A stretch of 54,965 nucleotides of DNA, counting the filler, from Basidioascus undulatus (Eukaryota): assembly GCA_000826855.1 (NCBI GenBank). It is 3 parts of 3 records of this genome, joined end to end, with 100 filler letters (N's around TTAATTAATTAA, not from the genome) between each part and the next. Parts side by side here need not be neighbours in the genome. Positions count along the whole stretch, not along the records: positions 36,721 to 54,965 come from JTLS01000477.1; 2 more parts are not named here. One strand, written 5' to 3'. The translations under genes and the position numbers were made by a program. The notes under the pieces were generated by a model. That model made no database searches, was not told where the DNA came from, and saw only the letters and a list, made by a program, of their open reading frames with translations. Shown here in pieces: positions 48,348 to 54,965 of the stretch. Within the stretch, counting starts at the first letter, position 1. Every line of letters starts with the position of its first letter.

Positions 48348-50255
48348 CTAGTTCCCATCGCGTATAACCCCAGCATCAATGAGCGACTGGAATGCCTGGT
48401 CCACGTCCTTCTTCAGGTCGTGGTCCCAGATCCAGTCGTAGCGCGACGTAAGGTGCTCTCCGATCGCCTTGAAATCATCGCCCATCGGCCCGGCGAACTC
48501 ATAAATCTGCGAGGATAAATTACACAATTAGACTTGGCATTCGTTGGAAGCCATTCTGAAGCGACTACAAGATGCGTACCTCCCCCGACTCGCGGCTCGA
48601 CACCTGCTGCTTGTTCGCGCGCGGCCTGCGGACGTCCTCGTACGCTTGGAGGAACTGGTGAACGTTGGAGTTGTTGAACTGCGGGTGCGACAGAAGGGAA
48701 GAGAGAACGTAGGCGTCCTCGGTTGCTTGACCAGCGCCGGCGCCGTTGTGAGGGAGGCTCTGCGAAGGATAGTCAGAGAAACTGTGCCGCGTCCGATGGT
48801 GGCTGTGGACTTACAGCATGGGCCTGTCACGCTATATCAGTTATGTTTGTTTCCGAATCATGAAGTAAAAAGCGTACGGAGTCTCCGAGAAGCGTAACGC
48901 GATCAAAGGTCCATCGATCCAACGGGACGAGCTCGTGCAGCGCCCACTTTTCAGGCTTGCCGATCAGCTGGTAGAGATAACTATTCAGTATGCGCAGTAG
49001 GTCACGATCCAGAGGACATTCGCACCTCGAGGAGATTAAGCGCATGCTGATCCCAGCCATCAAAGTCGTCGAGCACCTGGTCTTTCGACACAGGTTTGAC
49101 CCACGGCCCGTGCCACACGCGCTCATCGGGGTCCTTCGAGCGGTCCGAGACAAACGCGACGAGGTTTAGGACCGTGCCTCCCTCGATTGGGAACGTGAGG
49201 ATGTGCTGGTCGATCGACGGCATTATTGGTTAGCGAGTCACCATTAAGGCTTCGACAGGTCGAGTGGCTCACCTTCGCGGGACCGATCCACATCCGAGGA
49301 GTACGAATGCTCTCCCCGTTCTTCTCGACTGCCTTCTCGAGGTCCAGCAGACCACGATAGGCGTACGTGCCCGTCCAGCGGACGCGGCCTTGCCCGAGAC
49401 TTTTCCGAATGGCGGACTTGACGCCGTCGGTCGCGATGGCGATCTGTGTCAAGTGATTCAGCACTTGTTCACATCTCTAGCTTTCTCTGTGGTTGGGTGT
49501 GTGAGCTCACATCCACTTCAAACGTGTCCTGCGGGTCGTAGTCCGGCGACGTCTCCCCGTGCGACCCTCGCGAGATGGAGAGCCTCACGCGGCCGGGCGA
49601 AGACCCTTCGATGTTTTCCGCGGCGACCACGCGAGATGAGAAGTGCGTTGTTACGGAGGAGGGCAGAAGTGGGAGTAGCGTCTCGAGAAGACGGGCACTG
49701 CTCACGACCGCGATGTCAGTTGGACAGTTGGACTGTTGACCTGTATGACAGTGGCTCATACCGATGAACGCTCGATGCGGGGCCTTTTGTGCGAGTCTGA
49801 AAATCCTGTAAGCCACATATCCTGCTGTTGAACTTGGGAGATCGAGGCGTACCTCGCTGATTTTCTTGCCTGATGCGTATTCCCTCCATTCGAACCACAC
49901 CGCCCCAGGCTCAGTCATGTCGGCCACCCCTTCGTACTCCTTGCCTATTCCCATCATCCTGAGCGCCTCTACGGCATTCGGACCTGAGTGCAGATGATGT
50001 CAGCGTCCCGATACGCTGGGGTTGCGAAACTCGCTTGAGCGCACCGAGAGCGACACCGGCCCCGATCTCGGAGAACCTGGTCAAGTTTGGGAGTATGATG
50101 AGCCTCTCAGACTTTGTAACGAAAGGACCTTGTATTTACTGCGCTGCCTGCTCAAACAATTCAACTTTTAACCCAGCACGACCGAGAGAGATCGCAGTGC
50201 AAAGTCCCCCAATACCGCCACCGATGACGGCAACGGTAAAATCGCGAGAGGCCAT
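48348..50255 (-). CDS. FAD-dependent monooxygenase, salicylate hydroxylase-like (group A flavoprotein)
   Basis: VAVIGGGIGG (GxGxxG), FSEIGAGVALG, IATDGVKSAIR (DG motif), VTLLGDS|AHA|SLPHNGAGAGQATEDA (GD motif), AYEDVRRPRA, C-terminal RYDWIWDHDL. Stop at 48348-48350. Confidence 0.93.
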
Positions 50256-51136
50256 ATTGAGAGTATTGAAGAGCGCTTTTGACAGTGTAAGGTGTTCAGC
50301 GATGATAAACTTTCGATGTCCTTGGTGAGAGGAGGAGTACAAGGCGTCCCGAATCGGGTCGGAGCCTCCTCGCGAGAGCTGGCAGCCTCCACCGACGACA
50401 CCAGTGCGCCGATCGCATGATGCTTGTTGCATCGGACGGAGGCGTTATTCTTGATTTTCCAGTCGTTACTGTATATACCATGCGTGGCAATATTTTGCAA
50501 AGGAAGCGTTGTATCTGGCGGCCGGACGCTTGGGACCCGGGCAACATTCTCCGAAAGTTTCTATGTACGCCTTGTCAGCTGAGTGCATTCCGACCTTCCG
50601 GCTTGAGGCCGCAGCTTTGAAGACAGCAACACTGGTAGAGGCGCAGAAAGTAATACACCAAATTCTGGTCAATAAGATCGGAAGGGCACGACCTCGATGC
50701 GACAGTACAACGGTGAAATAGTTTGCTCTGCGACCGCATCCGCTTTCAGCGGTACTGGGAATCACCGCCTTGTATCCCAGTTCCATAGATAGGTCCAGGA
50801 ACATGTCCATTCTAACTAAGTGCGATAAGTTACAAGCAGCCAAGCCCTCACGTGTGAGGGGATATTGGAAACTCAGTGCCAGATTGCCATGTGTTTGCGA
50901 TCGCAGAGCCTTGGCTAACCGACGAGAGCGACGTTGGCCGGCAAAACAGCGGACCCATTCTCTTTCCTAATCACCTGCTCAAACGGGGACGTTGAAAGCC
51001 AGAGCCGTGATGCGGGTGCTCGAAGAGAATTGTCTTATAAGGGTGTCGCTCTGCTTTTCCCCAGCTCCTTCCACGGCCGCGACAACACCAATCCCTCCGC
51101 TCTATCATTCCCCGACGACCGCGAACGGCAGCCAAG

Positions 51137-54100
51137 ATGTCGCAAGCGAAGTACAAAACGGACGAGAAGGTTTCAGATGAGATGATCGAGGACATCACGC
51201 GGATCGAGCTGGGACAAGCGAGCGTGTCCAGCGATGGGAAGGGCCTTCAGGATAAGGCGGCGGAGGGTCGCCTTCGTCGAAAGGTCAGGATTGTAAGCTT
51301 CTCGAAGACACTGAACTAATGTAAAAGACTCAGATGGATCGCCACATTATGCCAATCATCTTCGTACTTTACTTGTTCTGCTTCATCGTGCGTGTCTCCT
51401 CAGTCTCACTGTCGTATCCTGCATTGTACTGACGCTTTTGCCGTTAGGATCGCACGAACATAGTCGGTCCCTGATCCTTCCCTTGAGAGTATAAGGTGGC
51501 TCAATCCACTCTTGGCAGGGTAATGCTCGACTAGTCGGGCTTGAAAAAGACTTGGGAATGACGGGCTACGACTACAACCTGTCTCTGTACGTCAATCTCT
51601 CCTGCGGATCTGTCAACACCGCTTAAACTTCAGCTTGTTGGGCTATAGGACCGGTGCGCAACATCACTGCTACAGCCACTAGATCCTACGTCTGACCTAT
51701 CAACACCTCTTGGCTCGCGTTCAGTCTTCTACATCGTACGTTCGTCGACATGGTGCACTGTCTTTAGTTGCAGAATAATGGCTTATAGAGGCTTTACGTC
51801 CCTATTAGACATATATAATCGTGGAGGTAGGGCTCTTGTTGCAGAAAGACAGACCGTTCAGTGTTCATATCCCACATTACCACTAGGTACCCTCGAACCT
51901 CGTCAGCAAGTGGATGGGCCCAGGGGTACGATTCATTTGATTACTAACTCTCCCCCGATCCTCGTACAAACCATCTGAGCATTGAACCGCACAGCGCTGG
52001 CTCCCCATTTGCTGTATGAGTTTCGGACTCATCAGCTTGTGCACTGCTTTCGTGCAAAACTTCACGGGGCTTTGCGTAGCTAGGTGAGTGCTTGCCTAAC
52101 AGTCACTCCATGCTCAATACTGGGACTTACACCTAATCAGAGCGTTTCTTGGCCTGGCGGAGGGTGCGCTCTCACTCGGTACCCGCGAAAACGACTGAGA
52201 TCCTCACCGCGCTTTGGCGGCTTCTGCACCAGGTGGCGTTCTTCCTGGATTCGCTCACGTACGCAGGCTTCACCCCTCCATTCACACTTGCGGATAAAAG
52301 TAAACCTTGTTCCTCGGACAGTACCTCTCGCGTTGGGTGCGTTCTCAAAGCTCCTCTCGCAGGCCTAAGACTCACCACATCAGTCGCGCAGTATCGCAAA
52401 GACGAGCGTGAGCCAGGAAGCCTTCCGCTTACTCGAAAATCAGAAAGCTCAGCCTCTTTCCTTCCAGTCGTTTTTCGACTCGCAGGATACATCCTGGCCG
52501 CTCCGTTGGCTGGTTGCACAGGTGGGCTGCTTGCGTCCGGCATCCTGAAGATCCCTTCCATAGGATCCGTGGATTCGTGGCGTATGATCTTTGCACGTCT
52601 CCGTTTATGGCCAGACTGAGCCACTTCATCAACTTACCGAAGTGATCTCACCAGTTGATCGAGGGTCTGGTGCGCCTTCTCCGCCGAGGTCTAAGACCCA
52701 TCTCTAACCAACGTCTCTCTGGCACTCTAGCTCACTATCGTCATAAGCTTCGCATGTGCCTTCTTGATGCCCGATACCCCCGACAAGGCGCGCTTTCTAA
52801 ATGCAGAAGAGAAAGGCCGGTCCGCTGCTCTCTTTGAGAGAAGATGCGGCTAGACATTCGTTTCTGACACTTTCTAGCATCCTGCAGCTCTTGCGGAGGC
52901 TCGGCTCAAGCGCGAGATGACCGTGGCGATTGATATTGTCGAGAAGACGCATAAGACGACGGTCCGACAGGGCATCTTCAACATCAACGTATGTTTTACT
53001 TCACTGCAGAGAGAAATCTGAATCGAAAGCTGATGATCAAACGAACGGACCAACCGCAGACATGGCTCATCGCTTTCTCCTTCCTCTGGGTTAACTTAAC
53101 GATCCAAGGGCTCTCGGTGTTCCTTCCTACAATCATCACTTCCGTATGACTTCCCACTTCTGATTCACCTTGCACTATGAAGCGTCGCGCCTGACCGTTC
53201 TGTTCTCGCAGCTCTACCCGAACGAAAGCGTCGTGACCCGACAGCTGCGCACCGTGCCTCCGTGAGCATCGAACTTCCACAACGTACACTTGACCTTCTC
53301 GGCTAAATGAACCCACCCCAGCTACGTTGCCGGGGCAGCCGTCTCGCTCATGGGTCCCTACCTCAGCTGGAAGACAGGCAAGCGCGCAGTCATCATGCTG
53401 TGCACCATCCCGCTGTCTATCATCGGGTGCGCTCTCTTCTTCAACAATTTCCTACAGAGTGCAAGCTAAATTATGTACGAGCAGGTATACCATCTTCCTA
53501 GGTACATCACCTCTCAACCAGCCCCCCGCCGTCTTCCTCAACTACTCCCCTGACCCCATCATTCGCTTTGCTTCAACCCACAGCAACCGACAACCCCAAC
53601 GCAGGCTACGGCGCATGCTTCCTGGCCCTATCAGGATGTTTCGCTTTCGGGCCATACCACTCGTACGCTCTCCCCATGCATCCCATGTTCACGCCCGCTC
53701 ACACACCCACGCAGTGCCTGGACGTCGATCAACGCTGCCCCAGACGCAGCGCGGGCGGCTTCCATCGCAGTTGTCGTTTCCGTTGGGAATATCGGTGGCA
53801 TTTTGGCGACATGGTAGGTCCTCCTCTTACCCAGAACCCATCAGCAGAGCTGAGACTCTTTACACCATCAGGAGCTACCTTCCTACGGATCGCCCACGAT
53901 ATATGATCGGGAATGGACTTAACTTGGGCGGCACGTCCCTGTGCGTTTTCAGTCCTTTCTCCTCGTTTTTCTCATCCTCTGCCGTCACACGCAACCTGAC
54001 CCACTCCTCACCGCCTCGCGTCCCACTTCCGCCCCATCCCTCCATCCCACTGCTTCTCCCCACTCCCCGACAGCATCTTCATCCTCACCCTCATAACTTG

Positions 54101-54227
54101 GTGGTACCAAGCGTGGGAGAACAAGCAGCGCGACCTCGGGCGGCGGGACCACCGGCTGGAGGGCAAGGCACCCGCAGAGATTGCGCTGCTGGGGCATCGG
54201 CACCCGCAGTGGCGGTACAGCCACTGA
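51137..54227 (+). CDS. MFS transporter, anion:cation symporter (DAL5/TNA1-like) family, highly fragmented exon structure
   Basis: LRRK|MDRHIMP...FCFI|DRTNI|GNARLVGLEKDLGMTGYDYN...TVFYI|TYIIVE|VPSNL...RAFLGLAEG...GGLLASGIL...SWRMIF...QLRTVPP...GNIGGILATW...PRYMIGN...HPQWRYSH*. Confidence 0.92.
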
Positions 54228-54744
54228 AAGGATGGATCTGTGGACGCTTCTGAGAAAAGAGAGAGAATGCTATGAGAGGTGTACGAGTAGTGGGGATGGG
54301 AGTGTACTTGTGGAATCGTTGCACAGAGGATGTTCGTGTTGTTCCTCGATGTCTGTGTAGCGAGGCACCGCACTAAGGGCCTGCACAAGCTGTCCAACAG
54401 CGTTAAAGCTCTCAGGAAATCTGATCTCGTAGAAAGTAATGCCGAACTACCGGGTTTGTACAATGTGGGCAGCTGCTAGCGCTATATCTGGCGCCCCATC
54501 TTCCTCGCGAATTCCAGGGGAGGAACGACGAAAAGGCGTAAAATCGGAATGCGAATAACATGATGCCATGCGAATAGATGATGCGTGTGTAGTACAGAAA
54601 TGAGAATGCCACTGTCCCTCTCTTCCCTCCCTTCCTCGCCCCCTCCCCGCCCCCGTCCCCGCCCTCCGTCTCCAGCGCTCTCGTCTCCTCTCCCAACCTC
54701 CCGACCCCCGAACCTCCTTCCCTCCTCCTCCCTCTCCCACCCCT

Positions 54745-54930
54745 TCATTTCTTCCCCTCCTTCCCCGGCGGGACCCAATCCTTGCTCAGGTCCACGCCGA
54801 GCTCCTTCAAGTGCGTGTTGGTAATCTTGACCCGGCGGTTGGATGTCCCTGCGCCCTTACGCTTCTTCTTGGCCGGCGGCGGGAGCGTTGGGGCCGGCGC
54901 GGCGTGCGTGGAGGTGCGGTGGAGGCCGGC
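54745..54930 (-). CDS. TFA2: Transcription initiation factor TFIIE beta subunit, last exon (gene continues beyond the window)
   Basis: ...PPPAKKKRKGAGTSNRRVKITNTHLKELGVDLSKDWVPPGKEGKK*. A basic stretch followed by KITNTH(L/M)...KD is the conserved fungal Tfa2 C-terminus. Confidence 0.75.
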   Translation of the reverse strand, partial: AGLHRTSTHAAPAPTLPPPAKKKRKGAGTSNRRVKITNTHLKELGVDLSKDWVPPGKEGKK

Positions 54931-54965
54931 TGGGGGGAGGGAGCGACATACTGTATGCCAACATC

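Overview
Intron-rich, GC-rich fungal DNA, most likely a basidiomycete (short GT-AG introns with CTRAC branch sites, micro-exons, many F-box-like relics). Two artificial 100-bp linkers (44 N + TTAATTAATTAA + 44 N, at 18266-18365 and 36621-36720) split it into three segments whose true adjacency cannot be assumed. Genes that splice cleanly by eye: a DHX29-like DEAH helicase, an SH3 protein, a MATH/BTB protein, an O-fucosyltransferase-family enzyme, a thioredoxin, a dienelactone hydrolase, a RanBP2-type zinc-finger protein, a salicylate-hydroxylase-like monooxygenase divergent from an ACS-family MFS transporter, the 3' end of TFIIE-beta, a small HTH-like protein, and an intron-containing tRNA-Asn(GTT). 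Between them lie many decayed genes (2OG-Fe(II) oxygenase, six F-box-like copies or relics, a MYND-finger gene, a truncated FucP-like permease, a duplicated unknown gene) and a possible non-autonomous DNA transposon next to the tRNA. The two most unusual observations are (1) an array of about 25 small hairpins with co-varying stems and YTCG loops at 124-782, and (2) a thioredoxin with a Derlin-like SHP (Cdc48/p97-binding) box and a C-terminal tail anchor. All gene models were spliced manually and no database searches were run.
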